Shown in pieces: positions 41,793 to 51,307 of a stretch of 64,000 nucleotides of DNA. Both the position numbers and the translations under genes were made by a program. The first letter of the stretch is position 1, and each line of letters starts with the position of its first letter. Source of the DNA: a bacterium. Its GTDB lineage: Bacteria; Margulisbacteria; Marinamargulisbacteria; SXXA01. The notes under the pieces were generated by a model that ran no database searches, was not told the DNA's origin, and saw only the letters and a list, made by a program, of their open reading frames with translations. The stretch spans positions 39,393 through 103,392 of the forward strand of contig CANIAP010000003.1 of the NCBI GenBank assembly GCA_947465765.1, given 5' to 3'.

Positions 41793-42361
41793 TGTCACGG
41801 TGGCTCTGGGTGGTTGGATTGTGGGGACTCAGTCTGGGGGTTGTTTCTGCGACGTCACTTCCTCAATATTGGACCTATACCCAAGCCCGCCGCGCAGAGG
41901 CCCATGGCCGTGCGGGAGAAGCGGTCTCCATTTATTCGAAACTATTGGTCAATGATCCAGACAATATTGTTTTGATGCGGTCGCTGGCGGATGCCCTGTA
42001 TCACAAAGGGGACTACACAAAAGCGGGGGAGCTTTATGAGAAAATCGGAAGACGATCCCCCAAATCGGAGATTCCCAGCTTATTGTATAACCAAGGAAAT
42101 GCGGCGTTTCAAGTCGGGCGCTACCCCGAGGCGGTGTCGTGGTATCGCAAGGCGTTGTCGTTAAATCCGAGAGATGTTCAAGCCAAGCATAATTTGGAGC
42201 TGGCCCAACGTCGGATGCAGGACAAAAATCCTCCCCCTCCCCCTCCGCCTCCGCCCCCCCATTCTATGTTGAACGCAATGGATCAAATGGAGCGTGAATC
42301 CCGTCATCAACGCAAACAGAATCCGCCGATCCCACCCCGCAATGTGGAACGGGACTGGTGA
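41792..42361 (+). CDS. batC: TPR protein BatC
   Basis: YNQGNAAF...Y..A...YRKAL.LNP.D..AK.NLELA; poly-Pro; C-terminal DW. Confidence 0.82.
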   Translation: MSRWLWVVGLWGLSLGVVSATSLPQYWTYTQARRAEAHGRAGEAVSIYSKLLVNDPDNIVLMRSLADALYHKGDYTKAGELYEKIGRRSPKSEIPSLLYNQGNAAFQVGRYPEAVSWYRKALSLNPRDVQAKHNLELAQRRMQDKNPPPPPPPPPPHSMLNAMDQMERESRHQRKQNPPIPPRNVERDW

Positions 42362-44034
42362 TGAAGCGGTGGCTGATTGCCGGGTGTTTGTGGGTGAGTT
42401 TGTGGGGGGGGCTGATGGCCGCCGCCGATCTTCAGGTTCAAGTGACCGCCCGTCCGGGGAGTGTCAGTCTGGGGGATCCGGTTGAGCTTCGGATTGTGGT
42501 TTCGGGTCCTGATTTGCAGGGGATGCCACCGTTGCAGTTGCCGGAATTGAATTATTTTAAGCAGGGGAAAAGTACCGAAGAAACGTCGTATAAACCGGTC
42601 AGTGGCGCGTTGCAAATTACTCGAACCCGAATTATGTATTTAACGGCGGTCCGTGCTGGAACATGTAAATTAAAGCCGATCACGGTGATATATAAAAATA
42701 AGGCCTATCATTCAAACTCCTTAACGATTGAGATCAAGCGGCCGGCGGCAGTGGGTGAGGACGTGGCGACGGATTTGTTCGTTCGGTCAGTCGTCTCGTC
42801 CCCTAAGGTTAGCGTGGGAGAACCCGTTCACTATTGTTTAAAGGTATATCGACAATTCGCGTTTAAAGAAAAGCCGACGCTTCGGCTGCCCTTGTTTCAG
42901 GGATTTTTTCAAACCATTGTGCCGGTTAATTCCGCGATTAAAAAAGAAACGATTAATGGAAAAAGTTATTATGTAACCGAGGTCGTTCGGCGGATATTGT
43001 ATGCGACGGAACCGGGTACGATTTCCATTTCAGATGCGGCGGTGAGCTACCGCCTGAATCCGCCGTCCTCCCCGATGGTGACCTCGGAGGCCCCTCCGGT
43101 GACGGTGACCGTAATCCCATTCCCAGAGCCCAAACCCAGTGATTTTGTGGGGGCTGTGGGTGATTTTTCGGTAGCGATTGAAGCTCCCCACTTATCAGGC
43201 ACTCAGTATGCACCGATTACAGTCAAAGTGAGGGTAACTGGCGCGGGTAATTTAGAGTCCGTGTCCGATGTGATTGTGCCGACCTCTAATTCGGTGAAGT
43301 GGAGTCGGGGAACCGCGAGTAACCTGTCGGTACATGAGGTGGTGACGGCCCGGGTTATTGAGTATTCTGTCGTGCCGCAAGTGGCCGGGAACTTGACTCT
43401 GGAGCCGATTACTTTGGTTGTGTATTCCCCGAAACAACGGCGCTATTTGACCTTGTCGACCGGGCCTCTTCATTTGAGTGTGACACCGGGGGATTCTGCG
43501 ACGGCGGCGCTTGATAAATCGATTCAATTTCCGATCCGCCCGTTGCGGCCCTTTTTAGTTCGGTCCAGGCCGGTTCCGTCAGGAATGGGTGGGTTATTTT
43601 GGGCGCTTGTTAGTCTCAATATTGTAATGGTGACGGCGGGAGTTGTGATCCGTTTGAGAACCGGGTACATCGCCACCCATCGCGGGGATTTCGAGTGGTC
43701 GGTGGCGACAGATCGCTGCTTGAAGCAATTGGATCTGTTTTACCGAGACCCATTGGCCACCGGTGTGGCAACGGGGGCCTATCATAGTGTTCAGTTGTGT
43801 TTTTCAGCGAAGTTGCGTCAACCGGTAGATGGATTGGATGCGGCGGCCTTTGAGGCGGTGTTGCGCCGAGCCGGTGCAGAAGAACCGGTTATCGCAGCGG
43901 TACTCAATTGGCGGCGGCTCGGAGAGTCCTTGGCGTTTTCTCCAACAATTCATGACGTGTCCACGATTCGCGATTTTATTCAGCGCTCGATTAGGTTGAT
44001 TGAGGTAATACGGTGGTTGGGGAGGCCCGAATAA
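42358..44034 (+). CDS. batD: BatD family protein
   Basis: Repeated Ig-like domains, F.GAVG.F, TM helix; operon position. Confidence 0.8.
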   Translation: MMKRWLIAGCLWVSLWGGLMAAADLQVQVTARPGSVSLGDPVELRIVVSGPDLQGMPPLQLPELNYFKQGKSTEETSYKPVSGALQITRTRIMYLTAVRAGTCKLKPITVIYKNKAYHSNSLTIEIKRPAAVGEDVATDLFVRSVVSSPKVSVGEPVHYCLKVYRQFAFKEKPTLRLPLFQGFFQTIVPVNSAIKKETINGKSYYVTEVVRRILYATEPGTISISDAAVSYRLNPPSSPMVTSEAPPVTVTVIPFPEPKPSDFVGAVGDFSVAIEAPHLSGTQYAPITVKVRVTGAGNLESVSDVIVPTSNSVKWSRGTASNLSVHEVVTARVIEYSVVPQVAGNLTLEPITLVVYSPKQRRYLTLSTGPLHLSVTPGDSATAALDKSIQFPIRPLRPFLVRSRPVPSGMGGLFWALVSLNIVMVTAGVVIRLRTGYIATHRGDFEWSVATDRCLKQLDLFYRDPLATGVATGAYHSVQLCFSAKLRQPVDGLDAAAFEAVLRRAGAEEPVIAAVLNWRRLGESLAFSPTIHDVSTIRDFIQRSIRLIEVIRWLGRPE

Positions 44035-44765
44035 TGCGATTTTGGATGATGATTGGGTTGATCATCGGCGTTTCGGCTGCGGTATGGGCGGCCTCAACAG
44101 CCGATGGGCAAGAGTGGGCGTTGGTAAACAACGCGGTGAAGTCCCATCGTGTCTCCGCCGGAATTTCCATTATGGCCCATTCGGTGAAATCAGACCCGTC
44201 CAACCCGGAACTACTTTATGATCTCGGAACGGGCTATTTAATGGTGGGTAAGGTGGGTCCGGCCGTTTGGAATTTGGAAAAGGCAAGGGAGTTGATGCCG
44301 CGAGATCGGGCAATTCGGGCGAACTTGAAAGCCGCGCATCAACGGGTCCATGCGGTCCCGTCAGCGACCCCTATTTGGGATGCCGTGGTGGACCTGACGA
44401 GATGGGTCACCGCCAAGGAAGCCGCATGGGGATGGATTGGCCTAACCACGATCTTGTCGGCGCTGGGGCTCGGTTGGGGTATCCGTCGGGTGCCGTTATC
44501 ATCGCTTCGAATCGGTGTGGTGGTGTGGAGTGTTCTCACCATTCCCGTGGCCGTTCGGATGTGGGACGCGATGAGCCCGCGTGGCGTAGTGATCGTTCCT
44601 ACCTTTAAACTAAAAATTTCTCCAGATGTGGCAGCCCCCAGCGTTACGGATGTGCCCGCAGGAACGGTGGTGAGGCTCCCCGATTTTCGAGCCGGGTGGG
44701 TTCAGATTCAGTTGCCGGATGGGATCATGGGATGGGGCGCTGTTGATGATGTTCGGCCGTTATAA
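44034..44765 (+). CDS. batE: TPR + SH3 protein BatE
   Basis: LLYDLGTGY...G.A...LEKA..L.PRD..IRANL; C-terminal SH3b-like W.QI.LPDG..GW. Confidence 0.8.
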   Translation: MRFWMMIGLIIGVSAAVWAASTADGQEWALVNNAVKSHRVSAGISIMAHSVKSDPSNPELLYDLGTGYLMVGKVGPAVWNLEKARELMPRDRAIRANLKAAHQRVHAVPSATPIWDAVVDLTRWVTAKEAAWGWIGLTTILSALGLGWGIRRVPLSSLRIGVVVWSVLTIPVAVRMWDAMSPRGVVIVPTFKLKISPDVAAPSVTDVPAGTVVRLPDFRAGWVQIQLPDGIMGWGAVDDVRPL

Positions 44766-45627
44766 ATATGCGATTCTGGTGGGGCTAATCGGGTATGGAG
44801 CGGCACTGTCTGCGGCGACCCCGGTCTTTATTCCTGAGCGGGGATTGATCGTTCAGGATACCTGGGAAACCGAGGCGGTTGGGGGGATTTTTCAAAATCC
44901 GGCCCAGCTGTTGACGGGGTTGTCCCGAACCATTGTCCGCGTGGATGGATCTCAAGACGGATTGGGCTATTCCCAAGCGTCGGTGGGCGTTCGGGTGAAA
45001 TGGAGCGATATTGCCTTAGGGGTGGGTTATTCTCGATATGGCTCTCAGGATTTGGTGCGTACGAAACAGAATTCGGCGACGATGCGTATAGAGGAAGACG
45101 GTAACTTTGGGGATCTGATTCAGCAGTTTTCGCTGGTGGCGGCAACGGAAATTAGCCCTGTATTTCATGTGGGCGTGGATGTGGACTCGATTTCAAAAAC
45201 AATCGATACGACGACCGCAACCCAGTTGGGAATTGGGGTCGGAATGCGCTATTTGGTCGGGGGAAATGTGTGGGTGAGTGGGTATTGGCGGCGGGCGCTT
45301 CAGAACCATTTTGAGTGGAAAACAATTGAAGAATCGAGTCCGGGGGCTCCGTCGGTTGGGGTAGAGTATCGGCCGTCATTTGCGACGATCGTGGGATATC
45401 TGACTGACGGGGGATTTCGGCTCGCAGGGGAACTTCCGGTGAGTCTAGAATTGAGCCTGACTGGGGCGGTGATTACCGGTGCATCAGAACGGTATTCGGT
45501 GGGGACGATTCTTAAATTAGGGGACTATGCGTTACAGTATATCCATACGGTATATGGGGATTCTATTTTGGGTGCGAGTCAAGAGATGATAGGAGTTGCA
45601 ATTAATATCGATGATTTCACTCAGTAA
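44746..45627 (+). CDS. Putative outer-membrane beta-barrel (PorV/UPF0164-like)
   Basis: Signal peptide, IFQNPAQL motif, alternating amphipathic strands. Confidence 0.5.
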   Translation: MMFGRYKYAILVGLIGYGAALSAATPVFIPERGLIVQDTWETEAVGGIFQNPAQLLTGLSRTIVRVDGSQDGLGYSQASVGVRVKWSDIALGVGYSRYGSQDLVRTKQNSATMRIEEDGNFGDLIQQFSLVAATEISPVFHVGVDVDSISKTIDTTTATQLGIGVGMRYLVGGNVWVSGYWRRALQNHFEWKTIEESSPGAPSVGVEYRPSFATIVGYLTDGGFRLAGELPVSLELSLTGAVITGASERYSVGTILKLGDYALQYIHTVYGDSILGASQEMIGVAINIDDFTQ

Positions 45628-47044
45628 AAAAAAACGGATTCATTTTATCGGAATCGGCGGGGGCGGGATGAGCGCGATTGCCCGTATCTTGCTCGAAATG
45701 GAATACAAAGTATCGGGATCGGATCTCAAGGAATCGATTAGTACGATTCGTCTTAAAGATTTTGGTGCGACGATTTACTACGGCCATACCGAGGCCAATC
45801 TTCGTCTTGCGGATGTCGTGGTGGTGTCCACCGCTATTTCACACGACAATCCAGAATATGCGTTCGCTGTGGCTGAAAAATTACCCATTCTTCACCGTGC
45901 CCAAATGCTCGGGTTGTTGATGGATGAGTTTTCTCACAAAATTTCGGTGTGTGGGACCCATGGGAAGACGACCACCTCGTCGATGATTACCCGAGTTTTG
46001 GAATTTGGGGATAAAAAACCGACGTTTTTAATCGGGGCGGATCTGAATGACTACGGCTCCAACGCCATGCTGGGTGGACTCGATTATTTTGTGGCTGAGT
46101 CCGATGAAAGCGACGGGTCCTTTTTGCATTTGTCGCCATCGATTGGGGTATTTAATAACTTAGAGCCCGAACATATGGATTATTACAAAACCTGGGAAAA
46201 TGTGCAGGCCCATTTTCATCGGTTTATGGCCGGAGTGATTGATCGTGGGGGATATATGGTCATCAACGCGGACGAACCGGCTTTGGTGGATATCGCCACT
46301 CAGTTTGATCGCAGTAAGAGCCGCTATTTCGGAATTCAAACGGATGCTGCGGTTCAGGCGGTGGATCTTCAGTTTTCACCCGATGGCGCCCATTTTACAC
46401 TGATGATGGATGGGGAATCAGCCGGGGAAGTCTACCTTAAAGTCCATGGCGTTCATAATATTTACAATGCATTGGCGGCGATTGTCGTCGCGTTGAATGA
46501 GGGTATTAGCGTCGACACCATCAAGAAGGCTTTATTTAATTTTACGGGAACCAAACGCCGGTTTCAGCTCATTGGTGAGGTCAACTCGATCTCGGTATAC
46601 GATGATTATGGGCATCATCCGACTGAGATTCGGGTGACGTTGGACGGGGCGCGACGGAGTTTAAATCGTCGAATTGTCTGTATTTTCCAACCCCATCGAT
46701 ATACTCGAACCCGGGACTTGCTCGAAGTGTTTCCAACATCGTTTGAGGCGGCAGGACTGGTCGTTATTACCGAAGTGTATTCCGCGAATGAACAGGAAAT
46801 TCGAGGGGTGTCGGGACGTCTTATTGTGGACAAAATGAAAGTCAATGGATTTGATAATGTCATGTTTGTGGCAAATAAGAGCATGGTGGCGTCCAAATTG
46901 ATTCCGCTACTTCGTCCCAATGACGTTGTGATTACGATGGGCGCTGGAGATATTTCCTCAGTGGGCAAAGAAATTATGGCCCAACTTAAATCGTTGCCGA
47001 AGGAGTCACGGTCGGCGGGGGACGTCGATTCTCACGCGGTATGA
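45611..47044 (+). CDS. murC: UDP-N-acetylmuramate--L-alanine ligase
   Basis: IHFIGIGGGGMS, GTHGKTTT, ESDESD, DDYGHHP, FQPHRY.RT. Confidence 0.98.
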   Translation: MISLSKKKRIHFIGIGGGGMSAIARILLEMEYKVSGSDLKESISTIRLKDFGATIYYGHTEANLRLADVVVVSTAISHDNPEYAFAVAEKLPILHRAQMLGLLMDEFSHKISVCGTHGKTTTSSMITRVLEFGDKKPTFLIGADLNDYGSNAMLGGLDYFVAESDESDGSFLHLSPSIGVFNNLEPEHMDYYKTWENVQAHFHRFMAGVIDRGGYMVINADEPALVDIATQFDRSKSRYFGIQTDAAVQAVDLQFSPDGAHFTLMMDGESAGEVYLKVHGVHNIYNALAAIVVALNEGISVDTIKKALFNFTGTKRRFQLIGEVNSISVYDDYGHHPTEIRVTLDGARRSLNRRIVCIFQPHRYTRTRDLLEVFPTSFEAAGLVVITEVYSANEQEIRGVSGRLIVDKMKVNGFDNVMFVANKSMVASKLIPLLRPNDVVITMGAGDISSVGKEIMAQLKSLPKESRSAGDVDSHAV

Positions 47045-47882
47045 TGTCCCGATTGCGCAGTTAACCACCTTCCAAACCGTTGGCTCGGTGAACACTGTCA
47101 TTGATTTTCAGACCCCGGACGAAGTGAGTGACTATGTTCGATCGGTTCCGGCGGATGATTTTTATATTTTAGGGCGGGGGTCAAATTCGCTGATTAATCC
47201 CGATTCCATCGTGCCCACGGTCATTCGCATGGCGGCGGATGCGGTCGTTCCAGAAATCAATGGGACTCGGGTTCGGTTGGGCGCGGGGATGCCAATGAAT
47301 CGATTGCAGGATTTTGCCCTTAAACAAGGGTTGTCCGGGCTTGAGTTTGCGGCGGGGGTTCCGGCCTCGTTGGGGGGAATGGTCGCCATGAATTTTGGCT
47401 GTTGGGGGCGGAGTATGAGTGACTTTGTTACCGGTATTCAAGTCGTCGATGATCGGGGCGAGATTCGGTGGTTAACTGTCGACGCCGCGCAGTTTTCCTA
47501 TAGGACTAGTGTTTTTCATCAAAAAAAATGGATGGTGGTTGCGGCAGAACTTGAGTTAACGACGTCTGATTCCGAAACGGTGCGCACGGCGATGTTGGCG
47601 AATATTCATACTCGGATTGAAAAGCAACCATTAAGAGATAAAACCTTTGGCAGTATTTTTAAAAATCCACCGGGGCACTACGCCGCGCAATTGTTGGAGT
47701 CGGCGGGGTTAAAGGGGCGTCAATGGGGGGCGATTCAGTTGTCGGATCGGCATGCTAACTTTTTGCTGAATTCGGGTGGGGCAAGGTATTCGGATACGAT
47801 TCAAGTATTAGAACTACTACGGTCGACGGTGCAATCTGTCGCTAATATTGAACTGGAATTGGAGGTCAAAATTTTTAAATGA
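47028..47882 (+). CDS. murB: UDP-N-acetylenolpyruvoylglucosamine reductase; start probably ATT 47028 (first GTG at 47088)
   Basis: LGRGSN.L, GLEF..G.PAS.GG...MN.G, P....FGSIFKNP, HANF, LE.EV. Confidence 0.93.
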   Translation: MLTRYDVPIAQLTTFQTVGSVNTVIDFQTPDEVSDYVRSVPADDFYILGRGSNSLINPDSIVPTVIRMAADAVVPEINGTRVRLGAGMPMNRLQDFALKQGLSGLEFAAGVPASLGGMVAMNFGCWGRSMSDFVTGIQVVDDRGEIRWLTVDAAQFSYRTSVFHQKKWMVVAAELELTTSDSETVRTAMLANIHTRIEKQPLRDKTFGSIFKNPPGHYAAQLLESAGLKGRQWGAIQLSDRHANFLLNSGGARYSDTIQVLELLRSTVQSVANIELELEVKIFK

Positions 47883-48787
47883 AACCGATAAGTGTGGGTG
47901 TAATCTGTGGTGGGTTTTCGGGGGAACGGGCGGTGAGTTTGCGGTCCGGTCGGAATATATCGGATGCCCTCCGCCGTAAGGGGTACGACGTCAAAGAAAT
48001 TGATCCTGCCGTTGATAACCTCTTGGATATGGGAATCGATGTGGCCTTTATCGCCCTACATGGTCCGATTGGCGAAGACGGAACGATTCAGGCGTTATTG
48101 GATCATATCCATATTCCGTATACCGGTTCCGGGGTCACTGCATCGGTGATCGGAATGAATAAATTGATTTCGAAATGGGCGTTTGTCCATCACCACATTC
48201 CGACGGCGGCGTTTCAGGTGATTTCGCCCGATGTGCCTCTAGAACTTAAGTTGCCCTTGCCGGTCATCGTAAAGCCGGTAAGCGAAGGATCGAGTTTGGG
48301 CGTCGAAATTGTGGATGCCCTCGATCAATTTGAATCTGTGGCAAGGGCTGCAACCTCGAAGTATGGGGTATGTTTGGTTGAAGAAATGATTGTGGGCAAG
48401 GAAATCACGGTGAGCGTTATTGAGCAGTCCGGGACCCTCGTGGTGTTGCCGATACTCGAATTGCGCCCCAAAAATCGGTTTTATGATTACGACGCAAAGT
48501 ATACCGACGGCAAAACGGAATTTGTCCTTCCCGCTGAATTGTCAGATGAGATGACCGCGACTGCGAAAGCGCTGGGGCTTCAGGTGCATCAGGCGCTGGG
48601 GTGTCGGGGAATGTCCCGTACCGATATGATCATTGACGCCAATAAAGGTCCTGTAGTTTTGGAAATCAATACGATTCCCGGGATGACGGACTTGTCGGAT
48701 TTGCCCGCCCAGGCGCGGTGCGCGGGATTGTCCTTTGATGATGTCGTTGAGGGAATGCTGAGCTCCGCGCTCCAACGCGGGGTGTGA
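47879..48787 (+). CDS. ddl: D-alanine--D-alanine ligase
   Basis: GG.SGER.VSL.SG, LHG..GEDG, EGSSLG, FYDYDAKY, EINT.PG.T. Confidence 0.98.
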   Translation: MKPISVGVICGGFSGERAVSLRSGRNISDALRRKGYDVKEIDPAVDNLLDMGIDVAFIALHGPIGEDGTIQALLDHIHIPYTGSGVTASVIGMNKLISKWAFVHHHIPTAAFQVISPDVPLELKLPLPVIVKPVSEGSSLGVEIVDALDQFESVARAATSKYGVCLVEEMIVGKEITVSVIEQSGTLVVLPILELRPKNRFYDYDAKYTDGKTEFVLPAELSDEMTATAKALGLQVHQALGCRGMSRTDMIIDANKGPVVLEINTIPGMTDLSDLPAQARCAGLSFDDVVEGMLSSALQRGV

Positions 48788-49560
48788 CGCGCGTGGGTAT
48801 TTCAGGTGAATCCATTCGGGCGGGGTTTTCGGGCGCCTCGTCGACGTACGATCAGTACTCTCAGGTGCAAACCTATGTTTTTTCCCAGTTAGCGGAATCG
48901 ACATCGGTTAATAATCCCCGACGAATCATGGATATCGGATGTGGGACGGGCCGGCATACCGCGCGATTGGGGGCCACTTATCCTGACGCCGAAGTGATCG
49001 CATTGGACGTATCGGAATCAATGATTGCGGTGGCGAGTCGCCGAGTCCTCGTGCCCAATGTTCAGTTTGTCGTGGCCGATGCTCAAACCCATTTGCCGGA
49101 CGTGGCCTGTGATCTCGTGATCGCCAACGCCTCGCTTCATTGGCTCAACGATTTGCCGGGGGTGTTGCCGATGATTGCGACCCGGGTCGTGTCGGGCGGG
49201 GAACTGGCATTTAGTGCATTTGGACCCGAGACTTTTTCGGAATTACGACAAGCGATTTCGACGGTGATGGGTCGTGAAGTCGTTCTCGCCTCGGGCCATT
49301 TTTGGCAGCCGGAGGCCCTGCTCCCGGTGCTGCAATCAGAGTTTGGGGCGGTGGTGGCGAGGCAAGAAATTATTCGGCAGCCCTTCCCGTCGCTGATGGC
49401 TTTATTAAGGAGTATTAAGTACACCGGAACGCGAGGTGACGGATTGCCTGGAAGTGGTTGGACGATGGGCTTTTTAAAAGAAATAGAGACGGCCTATCGG
49501 ACCCGGGTTCGGGACATTTGGGCGACGTATCAAATTCATTATTACGTATGTCGTCGGTAG
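48784..49560 (+). CDS. bioC: Malonyl-ACP O-methyltransferase
   Basis: F..A..TYD..S.VQ, DIGCGTG, NASLHW, F...TF.EL, L.S.K..G; precedes bioD. Confidence 0.85.
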   Translation: MTRVGISGESIRAGFSGASSTYDQYSQVQTYVFSQLAESTSVNNPRRIMDIGCGTGRHTARLGATYPDAEVIALDVSESMIAVASRRVLVPNVQFVVADAQTHLPDVACDLVIANASLHWLNDLPGVLPMIATRVVSGGELAFSAFGPETFSELRQAISTVMGREVVLASGHFWQPEALLPVLQSEFGAVVARQEIIRQPFPSLMALLRSIKYTGTRGDGLPGSGWTMGFLKEIETAYRTRVRDIWATYQIHYYVCRR

Positions 49561-50243
49561 ATGATCTGATTGACCGAATCAGTGATCATCCCGCAGTGGT
49601 CGTGGTGGGAACGGGGACGGGGGTCGGTAAAACCGTCGTTACTGGACGACTTTTGGGTGAAATGTCCCTGAGAGATATCCCGTCGATGTCCATGAAGTGG
49701 GTTCAAACCGGACTCGACGTTGACCCTCTGGACACCTTGAAACATGACAATATCGCTCGTGGGGTTGATCCTGGGTATTCCGCCGTCATGACGCCCAAAG
49801 AGCGGACGGTATATCGCTTGCCGATGGCGGCATCCCCCCATTTGGCGGCACGGGTTGCCGGAATCGACATTGATGCCAATCGCTGTTGGGAAGAGCTAAC
49901 TAATTTTACGCTGGCCGTGGCCCCTATTCTGGTGGAAGGTGCGGGTGGAGTCCTGGTTCCTATGACTCGGACCGCCACCCTGTTGAATTGGATTTCGATG
50001 TGGCAGCTTCCGGTAATTGTCGTAGCCACGGATCAACTGGGGACATTGAATGCCACGGCGCTCACCTTGGAAGCCATTGACCGACGGCGGATTGAGATAC
50101 TGGGAGTGGGGGTGTCGTCGCTCTCCCCAGAAGAGACGCTGGTGACACTGGATAATCGGGCGATGATCGGTGCGATGGCGGAGCGACTGGATGTGCCGAT
50201 GGTACATTTCCCATTTATTAGTAAACTATCATTTACTTATTAA
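49548..50243 (+). CDS. bioD: Dethiobiotin synthase
   Basis: GTGTGVGKT, KWVQTG, ASPHLAA, VEGAGG..VP, LGTLN. Confidence 0.93.
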   Translation: MSSVDDLIDRISDHPAVVVVGTGTGVGKTVVTGRLLGEMSLRDIPSMSMKWVQTGLDVDPLDTLKHDNIARGVDPGYSAVMTPKERTVYRLPMAASPHLAARVAGIDIDANRCWEELTNFTLAVAPILVEGAGGVLVPMTRTATLLNWISMWQLPVIVVATDQLGTLNATALTLEAIDRRRIEILGVGVSSLSPEETLVTLDNRAMIGAMAERLDVPMVHFPFISKLSFTY

Positions 50244-50317
50244 TCCAATCTATGTTTTTTAGTAAACTATTTTTAACTAAATTAAAATTATTTAAATAAA
50301 GTAAAGGATAATTTACC
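50220..50317. promoter_or_regulatory. Three palindromic operators AGTAAA-N6-TT(T/A)AC(T/C) upstream of hipA
   Basis: 50220-50237 AGTAAA ctatca TTTACT; 50261-50278 AGTAAA ctattt TTAACT; 50300-50317 AGTAAA ggataa TTTACC. Confidence 0.75.
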
Positions 50318-50318
50318 G

Positions 50319-50486
50319 ATGGTAAGTTTTCTGTGGGGGAATGTGTATTACCAGGATATTTTTGCGGGAATCCTTCGCGAGGAGCGGGGAGGCCGGATGA
50401 TCTTTGAATATGGTGCGGAGTATTTAAATGCCGGACATCCGTTGATTTCCTCGATCGAGACGACGCAAAAGAAATGGCGATTATGA
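50319..50486 (+). pseudogene. HipA N-terminal (Couple_hipA) fragment, 55 aa; absent from the ORF track
   Basis: MVSFLWGNVYYQDIFAGILREERGGRMIFEYGAEYLNAGHPLIS; similarity appears to stop near 50450. Confidence 0.75.
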
Positions 50487-51307
50487 CCAGTCATGCGTCG
50501 TTATCCGGGGTTCAACCTAAATTAGCCATCGTTGAACATAACGGGGGGTACCGACCCACCAACGGACGCGAGATCAGTACGCATATTGCAAAATTTTCAT
50601 CTGCCGGACATCCCGATCTTGTTTTTAACGAATATTTAACGACGCAGGCGTTCTGTGAATTGTTACCCAAAGACGAGGTGGCGGCGGTTCACATTGGCGA
50701 CGTTATGGGGCAAAGGGATCCGGCCTTGATCATTGAGCGGTTTGACCGGGTCTCGGGAAATCGCATTCATTTTGAAGAATTTAATCAACTCTTAAATCTG
50801 AAGTCATCCGCAAAGTATGATGGATCTTATCGTCAGATGGCCGACTGGATGGTTTCAAAAAACGAGTGTATTCCAACCGAAAAATTTCGGTTGTTTCAGA
50901 GAGTTTTGGCTGGAATTCTTTTGGGAAATACAGACATGCATTTTAAGAATTTTGCGATGTTTCATACGTCTGCCGGCGTGCGATTGACCCCGTCCTATGA
51001 TCAAGTGGGAGCCTGTTTGTATAACTATAAGAGCATGGCATTGTCGATTGGAGGGAGTCGTAATGTGTTGATTGGGGATTTAAATGCCAAGCATATTGTG
51101 GTGTTGGGCCAAGAATTTGGGTTGTCTGTTCCTGCGATTCAGTTATGTTGTGATCAGCTTGAAAAAAACCGATTTTTGGCGAAGGAAGTTATATCCAATG
51201 GGGTAGTGGGATCTGCTGTATTGAAGAACAATCTAATCACCCAAATGGAGAAACGATGGAACGGGACATTCGCCTCAATTGGCAATTACTTGTCGAAGAG
51301 GCCGTAA
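50474..51307 (+). CDS. hipA: HipA kinase core (N-subdomain encoded separately and incompletely)
   Basis: SLSGVQPK, IAKF, LIIERFDR, IHFEEFNQ, GNTDMHFKNF, LTPSYD. Confidence 0.88.
   Translation: MAIMTSHASLSGVQPKLAIVEHNGGYRPTNGREISTHIAKFSSAGHPDLVFNEYLTTQAFCELLPKDEVAAVHIGDVMGQRDPALIIERFDRVSGNRIHFEEFNQLLNLKSSAKYDGSYRQMADWMVSKNECIPTEKFRLFQRVLAGILLGNTDMHFKNFAMFHTSAGVRLTPSYDQVGACLYNYKSMALSIGGSRNVLIGDLNAKHIVVLGQEFGLSVPAIQLCCDQLEKNRFLAKEVISNGVVGSAVLKNNLITQMEKRWNGTFASIGNYLSKRP

Noticed and set aside
42230-42262. C-rich run encoding about ten prolines in batC
   Set aside because: In-frame low-complexity linker replacing the usual Q-rich BatC linker; codons vary, so not a slippage tract
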